A DNA stretch of 64,000 bases from Bdellovibrionales bacterium (GCA_027317865.1 DAHVQG010000003.1:1-64000), one strand, 5' to 3'; positions 40,634 through 52,652 are shown, counted from the stretch's first letter. Program-made: numbers and translations. The notes: generated by a model from the sequence alone, not told the origin.

Positions 40634-41395
40634 CTATTTATCAGTTAACAGATGCGGACAACTATTCAAATAGGCCGAGAGTCGCTGCCGATAAGGCACG
40701 ATTGATTCATCGAAATACCTTCCCCAATAATTCCAGGGATAACCATTTTTGCTATTGTAAAGTTTAATCCAGGCGGCGCTATTTTCTGGGACGCCCACCC
40801 CCCAAAGTTTAGGTGTCAATTTAATATTTTTTCGTTTTGCCCACGGCAAAATCACTTTCAAATAGAACCGTCTTAACTTGAGAATAGCTGAATATTCTAT
40901 GCGGGCATTATCGAGTACGTATTGACTTCTGGTATAAGTATTGTCCGTTAAGGCTCTTTTGAGTGACTTTTCGAACAGTTTTGCGTTTTCCATGTTAAAT
41001 GCCTCGAAAAAGAAAGTCTTCCAAAGATTTTCAAAGTCCATCGGCATTCCGACAGGACCATCGTGATTATAAGTTGGCGAAATTCGAATGCGTCCAAGTA
41101 TATCTGCTGCTGGATAAGTATGGTTACCGTTCGCGGCTGGAGTCGTTGGGTTGGGGTCCCAAAGGATATGCTTAGATCCATATATTACGAGCGCGTATTT
41201 GAACGGCGCATCGGTCACAAGAAGTTCATGGCGGGCATTATTCGAATCAAAATACGCCGTCATATTTGGTCTATCGTGAAGCATTGCCTCAAGTTGCTCT
41301 TGGCGAACCGACTGAGTTGCAAATGCGGGCCTAACGATGAAAAGCATTAAAATCGGAATCAAAAAATGATAGCGCCCTTTAAACTCCAGAGACAT
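40634..41395 (-). CDS. Secreted hypothetical protein (possible metallopeptidase-like FE-x-x-N motif)
   Basis: Signal ending AFA; FFFEAFN...ARIEY. Confidence 0.65.
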   Translation of the reverse strand: MSLEFKGRYHFLIPILMLFIVRPAFATQSVRQEQLEAMLHDRPNMTAYFDSNNARHELLVTDAPFKYALVIYGSKHILWDPNPTTPAANGNHTYPAADILGRIRISPTYNHDGPVGMPMDFENLWKTFFFEAFNMENAKLFEKSLKRALTDNTYTRSQYVLDNARIEYSAILKLRRFYLKVILPWAKRKNIKLTPKLWGVGVPENSAAWIKLYNSKNGYPWNYWGRYFDESIVPYRQRLSAYLNSCPHLLTDK

Positions 41396-41689
41396 ATTTT
41401 GTATATTACTGGTCCAACGCAGAATTTTAAATATTACTGAAATTTTTCCTCAGCTGTCATTAATGTGGTCACTCGGCCGTCGGATACAAGAGCCCAGAGG
41501 AATTCGAAGCGGAGATTTTGAAGACTAAACCAGCCAACCGGCCTGTACAAAAAATCTGGGGCTACGCTGTCTAGTCAAAGGGGCGCATTCCATTCTCCTT
41601 ACCCGAACAGTCACCTCTTGCCATACCTGTTCGGAAAATGCCAATCGGTGTTCAGTAATTCTTAGGGGAATATCTGACCTCAGGGGCGC

Positions 41690-42069
41690 AGGCTATAACA
41701 GATTTCAAGAATGGGATTTTAGATTCTGAAGGATATGAGCGGAGGGTGGCACGGGTGAGATCTGAACGAAAACGCTTTAGCCATCAGCTCGAAGAGGCTC
41801 AGGTTCAGATTACAGATGCAGGTATCGAAACGGCGAAAACAACTATCGAACTCGCGAAGTCCGCGAAAACATTATGGAATGACGCCACAGTAGAGGAGCG
41901 TATGCAAATTCTAAAACGTGTACTTTCGAACCCGGTGCTCGATGGGCCAACGCTGCGATATGATTTGAAAAATTCAGTGGCGGCGTTGGCCGCAATGGCC
42001 ACTCAGAGTGAGTGGCGTCCCCTACGAGATTCGAACTCGTGTCTACTCCGTGAAAGGGAGTTGTCCTAG
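41690..42069 (+). pseudogene. C-terminal remnant of a large serine recombinase reading into tRNA-Glu
   Basis: DFKNGILD..GY, IELAKSAKTLW.....EER..ILKRVLSNPVLDG...RYDL...WRPLRDSN; no catalytic N-terminus; left boundary approximate. Confidence 0.7.
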
Positions 42070-42088
42070 GCCTCTAGACGAAGGGGAC
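42013..42088 (-). tRNA. tRNA-Glu(TTC)
   Basis: GTCCCCT...ACTCC-CTTTCAC-GGAGT...GTTCGAATC...GCCA. Confidence 0.96.
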
Positions 42089-42105
42089 ACATGAGTACAA
42101 AAAAA

Positions 42106-42181
42106 TGGTGATCCGCGATGGATTTGAACCATCGACCCTCTCCTTAAAAGGGAGATGCTCTACCAACTGAGCTAGCGGATC
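42106..42181 (-). tRNA. tRNA-Lys(TTT)
   Basis: GATCCGC...TCTCC-CTTTTAA-GGAGA...GTTCAAATC...ACCA. Confidence 0.96.
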
Positions 42182-42243
42182 ACTGTTTGCACTTGCAAAG
42201 ACGGTCAATTTCGAAGAAATGCCGTTTCAAGTCAATAATTTAA

Positions 42244-43572
<1,329 letters not shown>

Positions 43573-43599
43573 TCAGTTGAAGCGCCAAGTCGTGAAGGT

Positions 43600-44550
43600 T
43601 CACGATTCGATTGGGATTGGATTTGAACGCTCGCCCGAAACCAAAGCCGCAATGAGCGCATTGACGGCCAAGTCAGACGCGCGGGCCATGGCTTCGTTGG
43701 TAAATGCTCCCATGTGGGGAGTGATGACAACATTCGAAAATTTGCGCAGGCGCGATTCGGCCGCGAGCGGCTCGGTTTCAAAAACGTCAAGTCCGGCGGC
43801 GCTTACCTCACCAGAATCAAGGCTTGCGATAAGAGCGCGCTCGTCAACAACCGATCCTCGGGAGGTGTTGATCAAAATCACACCATCTTTTGCCTGTTCA
43901 AGCGTGCGTTGATTGATAAAATGGCGTGTTTCATCGTTCAGGGGCACATGTAGCGACAAAATATCAGCTTGGGCCAGAACCTCTGAGAAACCGAATCGTT
44001 CAAGATTAAAACTGCGAAATACGTCATCCTTTTGGTAAGGGTCGTGAGCGACGACGGTTGCGCCAAAACATTGCGTCAGTCGCGCGACGCGAGACCCGAC
44101 CCGGCCGAGACCGATGATGCCGACAGTTTTGCCGGAGAGTTCAGCGCCAAATTTCAGAGCGTCCTTCCACTCCCGGTTACGTAACGCGCGTTGGGCCTCG
44201 GTTTGCCTGCGCAAACACGAGAGCATGAGTAAAAGCGTCAGCTCAGCCGCCGCTGGAGCGTTAGCATCAGGAGTGTAAAGTGCGGCGATATTTTTTTGCG
44301 CGCAAAGTTCGGCATCGACATGGTCGTAACCGCTCGTTGCAGAAACGACGACTTTTAATTTTGGCGCTTGGGCTAATAGTTCGGCGTCGACAACGGTGCG
44401 AGAACGAATGAGCAAACCATCTGCGCGGGCCAGTTCGGCGGCGCTTGGTCGTCGATCCGTTCTCACAATTTCGCAGGGGTTCAACGCGTGCCGAAGTTTT
44501 TCAAGCGATTCAGTCAAATAGGTATCGGTAACAAGAATGGTTGTGCTCAT
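43600..44550 (-). CDS. serA: D-2-hydroxyacid dehydrogenase, phosphoglycerate dehydrogenase-like (no ACT domain)
   Basis: GIIGLGRVG, LHVPL..ET, INTSRG, LDVFETEP, TPHMGA. Confidence 0.8.
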   Translation of the reverse strand: MSTTILVTDTYLTESLEKLRHALNPCEIVRTDRRPSAAELARADGLLIRSRTVVDAELLAQAPKLKVVVSATSGYDHVDAELCAQKNIAALYTPDANAPAAAELTLLLMLSCLRRQTEAQRALRNREWKDALKFGAELSGKTVGIIGLGRVGSRVARLTQCFGATVVAHDPYQKDDVFRSFNLERFGFSEVLAQADILSLHVPLNDETRHFINQRTLEQAKDGVILINTSRGSVVDERALIASLDSGEVSAAGLDVFETEPLAAESRLRKFSNVVITPHMGAFTNEAMARASDLAVNALIAALVSGERSNPIPIES

Positions 44551-45702
44551 TTATTTTAGTTCTGCGCGCAAGGCGGCGAGCGCTTCTTCGCGTGCGTTTG
44601 CCGCTAACGGCACTCCTAGATCTTTAAGTGCTAGGTATAGGATTTCAGTTGTGGCGGCCATGTCGTCGTCCGTAATGTAACCGAGATGACCGATGCGTAA
44701 GATTTTGCCCTTCAGTTGATCTTGCCCGCCCATTAGCGTGAGATTGTATTCCTTTTCAATATGCTCCCGCAGTTTTTGGCTGTCGATTTCGGCCGGGGTA
44801 AGAAGTGCTGTCACCGATGCACTCGGAAATTTTGAATAAATTTGCAACCCCAGCGGCTTCGACATTTCACGCGTGGCTTTTGCCAGTTTTTTGATCCGTG
44901 CTAGCGTTTGCGTTTTTTGTTCACCCGTCAAAAACTGCAGACTGATTTCAAGTGCGCGAATCGTCGCGACGGCTGAGCTAAAATGAGTTTCGCCTTTTTC
45001 AAGCGATTTTTTTTCGGTACGTAAGTCCCAATAATATTTTGGCAGTCGCGATTTTTGGTTAAACCCCCACGCCTTTTCACTCAAGGCAATGAAACTCAAC
45101 CCGGTTGGGAGCATGAACGCCTTTTGCGAACTGCCGATGACGACATCGAGACCCCACTCATCCATTTTGAGTTCCATCGCGCCGACGGCGGTGATCGCGT
45201 CTACGATTAATAGCGTCTCACTTCGTTTACGTACGATTGAGGCGATATCGCGAATGGGATGTACAGTTGCCGTGCTCGTTTCACAATATTGCGAGAACAC
45301 GGCTTTGATAGTCGGGTGTAGAGCAAGCTGCTTTTCGATTTCTTGAGGATCAACCGCATTGCCCCATTCGACGAGTAGAGGATGAACGTTAAGCCCAAAC
45401 TGTTTAACCATATCCGCCCAACGTTCGCCGAATTTGCCTGAGACTACGACGAGTACATCATCGCCCGGAGAGAGCGTGTTGACGATAGCCGATTCCATGG
45501 CTCCTGTTCCGGTCGACGTGTGCATAAAAACCGGCTGCTTCGTTTCGAATACGTCTTTTAATTTTTCACTGACATTTTTTAGAACTCGTTTGAATTCAGG
45601 AGTGCGATGGTGAAGCATCGGCTCAGCTAGGATTTTTCGAACTTCGGGATGCAAAGGCACCGGCCCGGGAGTCAACAATCGATAGGGGTAGTTTTTTGTC
45701 AT
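44551..45702 (-). CDS. Class V PLP aminotransferase (serine-pyruvate/alanine-glyoxylate type)
   Basis: LLTPGP, HHRTPEF, GTGAME, VDAI, SSQK, RIGHLG. Confidence 0.92.
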   Translation of the reverse strand: MTKNYPYRLLTPGPVPLHPEVRKILAEPMLHHRTPEFKRVLKNVSEKLKDVFETKQPVFMHTSTGTGAMESAIVNTLSPGDDVLVVVSGKFGERWADMVKQFGLNVHPLLVEWGNAVDPQEIEKQLALHPTIKAVFSQYCETSTATVHPIRDIASIVRKRSETLLIVDAITAVGAMELKMDEWGLDVVIGSSQKAFMLPTGLSFIALSEKAWGFNQKSRLPKYYWDLRTEKKSLEKGETHFSSAVATIRALEISLQFLTGEQKTQTLARIKKLAKATREMSKPLGLQIYSKFPSASVTALLTPAEIDSQKLREHIEKEYNLTLMGGQDQLKGKILRIGHLGYITDDDMAATTEILYLALKDLGVPLAANAREEALAALRAELK

Positions 45703-45754
45703 GCGACCCAATATAAGTTGTTACCGCCTAGTTGTCATGCTAGCGTAATCGATT

Positions 45755-46336
45755 ATGAATAAGTGGCGTGCGATTTTATCGATCATTGCGTTATGCAGTT
45801 TGGTCGGGTGCGCCTATCAGTTCGGTTATCAACAGCGGTCGTTGCCCGACGGGTACAAAAGGGTTGCGATCCCCATGTTTAAAAACCTTTCAGATCAGGT
45901 TGACGCCGAAAAATATTTTACCGAGGCGATCGTTCGCGATTTTGATCGTTCACGCGTAGCGAAAGTGGTCGGCCTGAGACAAGCTCCGATTGTTCTTGAC
46001 GGCACAATCACTTCGATCACCTATACCCCCGACGCGTACATCTATGCGGGCAATACGGAGTCGAATACAATTGACCTGCCCGTCAACACCGTTTTGGCGA
46101 GCTCCTACCGTTGTTCGGTCAACGTCAATATCAAAATTCGCCGTAAATCTGACAATAAAATTATTTGGCAGGGCGATTTCAGCGATGAACGCGAATATCA
46201 GGCGCCGCAAATTGGTTTGGCCGTTATTAATTCGGCGGACCCGCTGTACAACCATAGCGCGCACAACGAAGTGGTCGAGCAACTTGCAAATGATATGATG
46301 CAAACGGCTCACGACCGTATAACTGAGAATTTTTAA
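45755..46336 (+). CDS. lptE: LPS assembly lipoprotein LptE
   Basis: LVGC lipobox, VAIPMFKN; directly upstream of holA. Confidence 0.8.
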   Translation: MNKWRAILSIIALCSLVGCAYQFGYQQRSLPDGYKRVAIPMFKNLSDQVDAEKYFTEAIVRDFDRSRVAKVVGLRQAPIVLDGTITSITYTPDAYIYAGNTESNTIDLPVNTVLASSYRCSVNVNIKIRRKSDNKIIWQGDFSDEREYQAPQIGLAVINSADPLYNHSAHNEVVEQLANDMMQTAHDRITENF

Positions 46337-46348
46337 AGGACTTGTAAG

Positions 46349-47356
46349 ATGGCTCGGCCGGCAGAATGGGATCTGCGCAAACTTCAAATGAGTCTTGAAA
46401 AGGGAACTCCCGGCCCAATTTATTTGCTGCATGGTGAAGAAACGTTTTTGATCGATCAGGCGATTTTGGCGATTCGGACGAAAACACTGGCGTCGGGTTT
46501 GGCTGATTTTAATTGCGATGTGCTAACGGCACCCGAGACGACTCCGGGGCAGGTTCGCGACATTGTTGAAACGCTCCCGATGATGGCCGAACGGCGTCTG
46601 GTTATTTATCGCGGAATTGAATCCGTTAAAGACGAAGCGTGGGAGCAGCTTTTGCCGGTCGTCGAAAATCCGATTTCATCTACGGTTTTAGTGTTGGTGG
46701 CGGACAAATTAGATAAACGGAAGAAGTTTATAAAACGCCTGAATGAAGTCGCAATATTGGTTGATTTAAAAAAGCCGTATGAGAATCAAATTGCGTCATG
46801 GATCGAATATATAGCCTTTCTCGAAGACCTGAAGCTCGCTCCCGACGCGATGGCCGCTATTCAACAGATCGTCGGTACGAATCTGTGCGAAATTCAGAAC
46901 GAAATTCGTAAAATTAAACAGTTTTTGGGGCCAGATGCGAAATCGGTCGCGCTTGCAGATGTGCTAAAAGTCGTATCGAAGGCGCGAGTCGAAAGCGTTT
47001 TTAGCCTAACCGATGCCATTGGCCGGCGCGATCGCGCTCGGGCTCTGTTATGTCTGGCGAATTTGCTCGAACACGGCCAAAACGAAATCGGTGTGTTGTC
47101 GCTCATTTACCGGCAAATTCGAATTTTGTCGGCCGTTTATGACGGTAAAAAGGCGGGACTTAGCGGAGTTCGTTTATCGCAAAAAGTGGGTGTCCCCGAA
47201 TTTTTTCTCAAGCAGTATCTGGAGCAGGTTCGCCTATGGGACAGTCAAAAATTCGCTTGTACCATCAAAGCTTTGCATGAAACCGATAAGGCACTGAAAT
47301 CGTCGCCGGTTGCTTCGCACATTTGGCTCGAAAATTTTGTCGTCCAAATCTGTTAG
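46349..47356 (+). CDS. holA: DNA polymerase III delta subunit
   Basis: IYLLHGEE, TLPMMAERRLV, VFSLTDA, TDKALKSS. Confidence 0.93.
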   Translation: MARPAEWDLRKLQMSLEKGTPGPIYLLHGEETFLIDQAILAIRTKTLASGLADFNCDVLTAPETTPGQVRDIVETLPMMAERRLVIYRGIESVKDEAWEQLLPVVENPISSTVLVLVADKLDKRKKFIKRLNEVAILVDLKKPYENQIASWIEYIAFLEDLKLAPDAMAAIQQIVGTNLCEIQNEIRKIKQFLGPDAKSVALADVLKVVSKARVESVFSLTDAIGRRDRARALLCLANLLEHGQNEIGVLSLIYRQIRILSAVYDGKKAGLSGVRLSQKVGVPEFFLKQYLEQVRLWDSQKFACTIKALHETDKALKSSPVASHIWLENFVVQIC

Positions 47357-47424
47357 AAGCACGTTCATTGAATCCAGAATCGCGTGACTCATTTTGAAAC
47401 GGTGTTTTAAAAGTGCCGTCGGTT

Positions 47425-47432
47425 GCCGATAA
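47425..47432 (+). promoter_or_regulatory. Sigma28-like -10 element for the PilZ gene
   Basis: TAAAAG-N11-GCCGATAA. Confidence 0.55.
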
Positions 47433-47452
47433 GTTGTGTTGAGGGCAAGTTG

Positions 47453-47902
47453 ATGGGTAACGAACGAGATCACGCGCAAAACACAACGCAAAGTGCTGTG
47501 CCGAATTCGGTTGAACCATTTGCCGATATTTCCGGTTATGTCGGTCACCGTCGTGTGCCGCGCCGACCGGTATCTTGCCGTATCGGTGTTCTAATTGGTG
47601 GGAGCTATCACCTCGCCAATGCGTATGAAATGGGCGAAAACGGAATGATGATCGACTCGCCGATTGAGTTAAGTGAGAAGCAATTGATTGTTGTTGCTAT
47701 TCGGGTTGTCAACGTTGTTCAAGGCGTGATGCTCTCGCGCGTGGTTTATAAAGTCCCTGCAAATGAACCAGGGCAACCCATAAAGTATGGGTTGCAATTC
47801 GAGCAAATTGGTTTTGACGTGAAACGTATGATTCGGAATTTCGTCGCTTCAAACCGGTCGAGCGAAAATGTCGTCGACCGTAACGAAATTAAAGCCGGTT
47901 GA
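47453..47902 (+). CDS. PilZ domain protein
   Basis: RRVPR (RxxxR), EMGENG (D/NxSxxG variant), YGLQF. Confidence 0.85.
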   Translation: MGNERDHAQNTTQSAVPNSVEPFADISGYVGHRRVPRRPVSCRIGVLIGGSYHLANAYEMGENGMMIDSPIELSEKQLIVVAIRVVNVVQGVMLSRVVYKVPANEPGQPIKYGLQFEQIGFDVKRMIRNFVASNRSSENVVDRNEIKAG

Positions 47903-48197
47903 TTTGCGCCGACAAACGGCCGATGCGGCGAGCGGCGCGCCGGACATGAACAGCGCCTTTTTGAGCCGCGCGATCAACAGTCGACATAAACGTCACCAGC
48001 GCTTTTTTGGCCGATTCGACGTCCTTTTTTTGAATCGCTACTAAAACGCTTTTCTCGATTGTTTTGACTTGGCTCTTCCAGCTCGTATTGCGGGCTGCAC
48101 GGCGGACCGTCTGACGCGCCCGTTTTTGCGCGGATTTGTGGCGGCCTTTGATCATTTTTCTTTTTTCTGCGGCGGCTTTATTCGCTTCTTCTGCCAT
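47889..48197 (-). CDS. rpsT: 30S ribosomal protein S20
   Basis: HKSAQKRARQ..RR..RN...KS..KT, DRAAQKG.VH...AAR. Confidence 0.93.
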   Translation of the reverse strand: MAEEANKAAAEKRKMIKGRHKSAQKRARQTVRRAARNTSWKSQVKTIEKSVLVAIQKKDVESAKKALVTFMSTVDRAAQKGAVHVRRAARRIGRLSAQINRL

Positions 48198-48329
48198 GTG
48201 GTTCCTTTCAACCGGGAATGGTCACATTTTCTTGCCATGCCCACTCAAATTTCAACTATGCGCTTCTACCATATTGGAACAACAGTTGCAATGCCCTATC
48301 GACAACCATGATAGCTGACCACAATATAG

Positions 48330-49379
48330 TTAAGAGTCTGAAACTGTATGAATCACTCGCTGCGGAAAGGGTATGTCGATGCCTTCTTTTTTAAATCGGG
48401 CATGCAGCGCCTTAATGAATTCGTGCTTGATAAGGTAATTGTCAACATACGTCTCGGCTCTTAAGTTTACCGATAAATTAATCGATGAATCGCCAAATTC
48501 ATTATACCGTACTGAAGGTACGTAGGAACGGACAGCTCCGGGAACAGTGGCTATAACCTGTTTGGCCACCTCGACAATCACCTTTTCGATTTGTTCAAGG
48601 TCGCCGTCGTAAGACACTCCTACAGGAACAGAAACCGAGGTTTCGCGGTTTGGTAGATTGTAATTCGTCAATCGTGACGAGGCGATTTTCGAATTGGGTA
48701 CAACAATGACATTACCGGATAACTGCTGAATGCGTGTACTGCGCCAGCCAATATTGACGACGTACCCCTCCATACCGGCGCCGTCGTTGAGATTGACATA
48801 GTCTCCTATATTAATTGGCCGGTCGGCCAGAACATAGATGCCGCTGAAGAAATTGCTCAAAGTGTCTTGCAGCGCGAGTGCTACGGCAACAGAACCGACG
48901 CCTAAAGAAGCGAGTAGGGGAGTGATTGAAATCCCAAGGCTGTCGAGAATAATGAGTGCGCCGATCGAGTAAACAAAAACCCGGATCGCAATTTGAATCA
49001 GTTGGCGGCTACCGACGTTAAACTGTGCAAAGTAGCGATGGCTATGGATTATGACTTTCGCAAACCGGTCAACAACGACAAGACTGACAACAACAAAGTA
49101 AATGAGCAGGGTATTTGTTAAAAGATTGGCATGGTGAAACGTGCTGGGGACGAACCCCTGGGCGAACGAAAGGGTCAATCCAAAGACGGTTAACTTGGCC
49201 GGTAGATCGAGCTCGTCTAAAATCTCTTTGCGCCAGCCGCTTTCCGAGGCGTGAGTCCAGTGACGAATTCGTGACCATAGCCATTTCTTCAACACTGTTG
49301 CAACAATCAACGCGCAAACGAACACAATGGCGAATACGGTCCAAGGAGCGAGGAGCGTCAGTATTTTATTTGCATTCAT
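48330..49379 (-). CDS. MscS-family mechanosensitive channel
   Basis: LLASLGVGSVAVALALQDTLSNFFSG, IGWRST, VPNS, IDIPFPQR. Confidence 0.93.
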   Translation of the reverse strand: MNANKILTLLAPWTVFAIVFVCALIVATVLKKWLWSRIRHWTHASESGWRKEILDELDLPAKLTVFGLTLSFAQGFVPSTFHHANLLTNTLLIYFVVVSLVVVDRFAKVIIHSHRYFAQFNVGSRQLIQIAIRVFVYSIGALIILDSLGISITPLLASLGVGSVAVALALQDTLSNFFSGIYVLADRPINIGDYVNLNDGAGMEGYVVNIGWRSTRIQQLSGNVIVVPNSKIASSRLTNYNLPNRETSVSVPVGVSYDGDLEQIEKVIVEVAKQVIATVPGAVRSYVPSVRYNEFGDSSINLSVNLRAETYVDNYLIKHEFIKALHARFKKEGIDIPFPQRVIHTVSDS

Positions 49380-49451
49380 ATTCAATTGCCTACAGTTTAC
49401 GAGATTATTTAGAATAACAAGTGGCGCGAGTTTTTTTCAAATCAATAATTT

Positions 49452-52400
49452 ATGACACTGTCTGACCTTTCTATTCGACGACCGGTTTTTGCATGGATGC
49501 TCATGCTTGGCCTTATTGTGTTCGGGCTCATCAGCTATTCGCGGATGGGCGTCAGCCAGTTCCCGGATGTTGATTTTCCGATTGTAACTGTAACGGTCAC
49601 CTGGACCGGGGCATCTCCTGAGACTATGGAATCGGCTGTCGCGGACGTCATTGAAAACGCCGTGATGGATATCCAAGGGGTTCGTTCGGTGACGTCGAAC
49701 TGCCAAGAAGGGCTCTCCACCACCACAATCGAATTTAATTTAAATAAAAATATCGATGCGGCGGTACAAGAGGTCGATGCGGACATCGGGCAAGCGCAAA
49801 AGCAACTACCTCCCGATATTGATCCGCCGATTGTCCAAAAGGCAAATCCGACGGATCAACCGATTATGTGGATCACGCTGACGGGGGGCAAGTCGCTTCG
49901 TCAACTTGTTTTATTTGTTCGCGATCATTTGCTTGACGCGCTTACCACGGTCGAAGGCGTTGGCGATATCAACGAGGGTGGGTACGTCGACCCTGACATG
50001 CGCGTTTGGTTAAACAGCAAAGAAATGAACGAGCGCGAGATTACCGTTAGCGACGTGATATCGGCTCTGCAAGCCGGCACGATTTTGACTCCATCCGGAT
50101 ACATGGATAACGGTCCAAAAGAAACAAACGTTCAGATCATGAGTCAGGCCCAGACGGCCAAACAATTCGGCGATCTCGTGATACCGACGCGTAACGGTCA
50201 GCCCGTATGGAGTATCATCCGCATTCGTGATGTCGCCCATGTGGACGCGGGGCTAGCGGATATCCGTCGAATTTCACGGGTCAACGGGCAAAGAACCGTC
50301 GGCCTCGGAATTATTCTACAGCCTGGTGCTAACGCCGTTAACGTCGCCAACCGGGTAAAAGCGAAAGTCGCACAGATTGATAAAATTTTACCTCCCGGTT
50401 TGCACTTGAGAGTTGTTGTCGATGGAACGACATTCATTCGCGCTGCTGTTCGAGAGTTGATACGAACTTTGATTATTTCAGCGCTTTTGACTTCGTTGGT
50501 CTGCTGGTTATTTCTCGGGTCGATGAGCTCGGCATTCAACGTCGTTTTGGCCATACCGACATCGTTAATCGGCGCGTTTATTGTCATGTATTTTGCCGGG
50601 TTCACGTTGAACAGTTTCACGCTACTGGCGCTTTCGCTCGCCATTGGTATCGTTGTTGATGACGCCATTATGGTGCTTGAAAACATCGTTCGCTATCACG
50701 AGATGGGCTACAGTAAAGTCCGAGCTGCCCTCGTGGGCGCGCGCGAGATCACCGGTGCGGCGGTTGCGGCGTCAATGGCGATTTTGGCAATTTTTATGCC
50801 GGTCGTTTTTATGGGCGGCATTGTTGGCAAATTTTTCTTTCAGTTCGGGGTTGCGATGTCGGTGACTGTGCTGCTTTCGCTCCTCGAAGCATTAACACTC
50901 GCGCCAATGCGCTGTGCGCAGTTTTTGCACGTCGGTGAAGTGAATGTTTTGAGCCGCGGTGTCGGTCGCGGTATGGACCGTCTTACCGTAATTTATAAAA
51001 AAGTTCTTGGTTGGTCACTTGATCATCGATGGAGCGTCATTGGCATCGCCTTTGCAGTTTTCTTTAGTTCGTTATTTATCGCCAAGAAATTACGCAAAGA
51101 GATGGTACCATCCCAAGACATCAGCCGTTTTTTGATTACCATGTACACGCCGCTTGGTTCGTCATTGCAGCACACAAACAAAGTTTTCAAAAAGGCGGAA
51201 GCGTTTTTCAAAAGTCGACCCGAAATCGAAACCTATTTCGTTGCCATCGGCGGCTTTCAGGGCGGGCTGGTCAACCAAGGCAATATATTTATTATGATGA
51301 AAGATCCGGGCAAGCGCGGCGTTTATCCGCCTTTTCGTCACGAGCCGACTCAGCAGCAGTTTATGTCTTTTGTTCGTAAGCATTTGAAGGCGATCAAGGG
51401 GGTAACGCGGGTTTCGCTTATGGATCTCTCGCAGGCGGGGTTTTCGGCGCAAAGAGGGTACCCCATTACATTTTCTCTGCAAGGTCCGAGTTGGCATATG
51501 CTTGCACAGTTAGCAAAAAAATTAATGTTGAAAATGCGCAAGTCCGGTCTGATGACCGATGTCGACACCGATTACAATCCTGATATGCCTGAACTTCGAA
51601 TCATCCCCGATCGGGCCAAAGCGGCGGCACGGGGAGTGACGATTGAGAATATTGCCAACTCGATTAGCGCGTTGGTCGGCAGTTTGGTTGTGGGTCAGTA
51701 TACCGATTCGGCAGGACATCGAGACGACATTCGCGTGCAACTAATGAGCAAATTTGACCGCACGCCGAACGACATTCGAAAAATCATGGTGCGAAATATT
51801 CAAGGGCAAATGGTGCCGCTGGCGAGCGTTGTTAAATTTGAAAACAAGCCGTCTTTGCTAACCATCACGCGCTACGACCGTCAACGGACCATTTCGCTGT
51901 TTGCAAACGTGAAGCACGGGAAGTCACAGGCGGCCGCATTGGATTATGTTGAACATTTAAGAAAAATCCTGCCGCCGAATTACGATTTGATTGAAAGCGG
52001 CTCTTCAAAAACCTTCAAGCAAACTCAACGGAATTTATTGATGGCGATGGCCCTAGGTATATTGTTTGCATACATGGTCTTGGGCACACAATTTAATTCG
52101 TTTATTCATCCTTTTGTCATTTTGCTGGCCTTGCCATTTAGTGTAACGGGAGCGTTTATAGCGCTATGGATCACCGGCATCAGTCTTAACATGTACAGCA
52201 TGATCGGCCTCATTTTACTCATGGGGATTGTGAAAAAGAACTCGATCTTGCTTGTGGATTTTACGAACAACCGTCGCGCTAAAGGGATGGGGGTGCGCGA
52301 GGCACTGCTCGATGCGTGTCCAGTACGGTTGCGCCCGATTCTAATGACATCAGCGGCAATGGTTACAGCCTCGCTCCCTGAAGCTTTGGCGATCGGTGCA

Positions 52401-52652
52401 GGGTCTGAGACGATTCGCCCAATGGCGGTTGTCACCATCGGTGGCGTGATTGTTGCGACATTTTTGACCTTACTTGTCGTACCGTGCGCTTACTCACTTC
52501 TTGCGCGGTTTGAGAATCGCCAACACGAAGGTGAAATTCGCGAAGCGGTCGAGAGTCTCGAAGTTGAAGCCGCCGAAAGATATCAAAAACTTATTGGCCG
52601 TAAACGCGTTCAAGATCCACGCCCATCAACTTCCGAGCCGTCGCGAGCGTAA
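49452..52652 (+). CDS. RND efflux permease (AcrB/HAE1 family)
   Basis: IRRPV, GIVVDDAIMVLENI, KKNSIL, RLRPILMTS. Confidence 0.96.
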   Translation: MTLSDLSIRRPVFAWMLMLGLIVFGLISYSRMGVSQFPDVDFPIVTVTVTWTGASPETMESAVADVIENAVMDIQGVRSVTSNCQEGLSTTTIEFNLNKNIDAAVQEVDADIGQAQKQLPPDIDPPIVQKANPTDQPIMWITLTGGKSLRQLVLFVRDHLLDALTTVEGVGDINEGGYVDPDMRVWLNSKEMNEREITVSDVISALQAGTILTPSGYMDNGPKETNVQIMSQAQTAKQFGDLVIPTRNGQPVWSIIRIRDVAHVDAGLADIRRISRVNGQRTVGLGIILQPGANAVNVANRVKAKVAQIDKILPPGLHLRVVVDGTTFIRAAVRELIRTLIISALLTSLVCWLFLGSMSSAFNVVLAIPTSLIGAFIVMYFAGFTLNSFTLLALSLAIGIVVDDAIMVLENIVRYHEMGYSKVRAALVGAREITGAAVAASMAILAIFMPVVFMGGIVGKFFFQFGVAMSVTVLLSLLEALTLAPMRCAQFLHVGEVNVLSRGVGRGMDRLTVIYKKVLGWSLDHRWSVIGIAFAVFFSSLFIAKKLRKEMVPSQDISRFLITMYTPLGSSLQHTNKVFKKAEAFFKSRPEIETYFVAIGGFQGGLVNQGNIFIMMKDPGKRGVYPPFRHEPTQQQFMSFVRKHLKAIKGVTRVSLMDLSQAGFSAQRGYPITFSLQGPSWHMLAQLAKKLMLKMRKSGLMTDVDTDYNPDMPELRIIPDRAKAAARGVTIENIANSISALVGSLVVGQYTDSAGHRDDIRVQLMSKFDRTPNDIRKIMVRNIQGQMVPLASVVKFENKPSLLTITRYDRQRTISLFANVKHGKSQAAALDYVEHLRKILPPNYDLIESGSSKTFKQTQRNLLMAMALGILFAYMVLGTQFNSFIHPFVILLALPFSVTGAFIALWITGISLNMYSMIGLILLMGIVKKNSILLVDFTNNRRAKGMGVREALLDACPVRLRPILMTSAAMVTASLPEALAIGAGSETIRPMAVVTIGGVIVATFLTLLVVPCAYSLLARFENRQHEGEIREAVESLEVEAAERYQKLIGRKRVQDPRPSTSEPSRA

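Noticed and set aside
34889-41600. Integron cassette array (several GCCAAC/TCTAAC starts and stem-loops)
   Set aside because: No intI gene, no paired RYYYAAC/GTTRRRY sites, and gene orientations are mixed.
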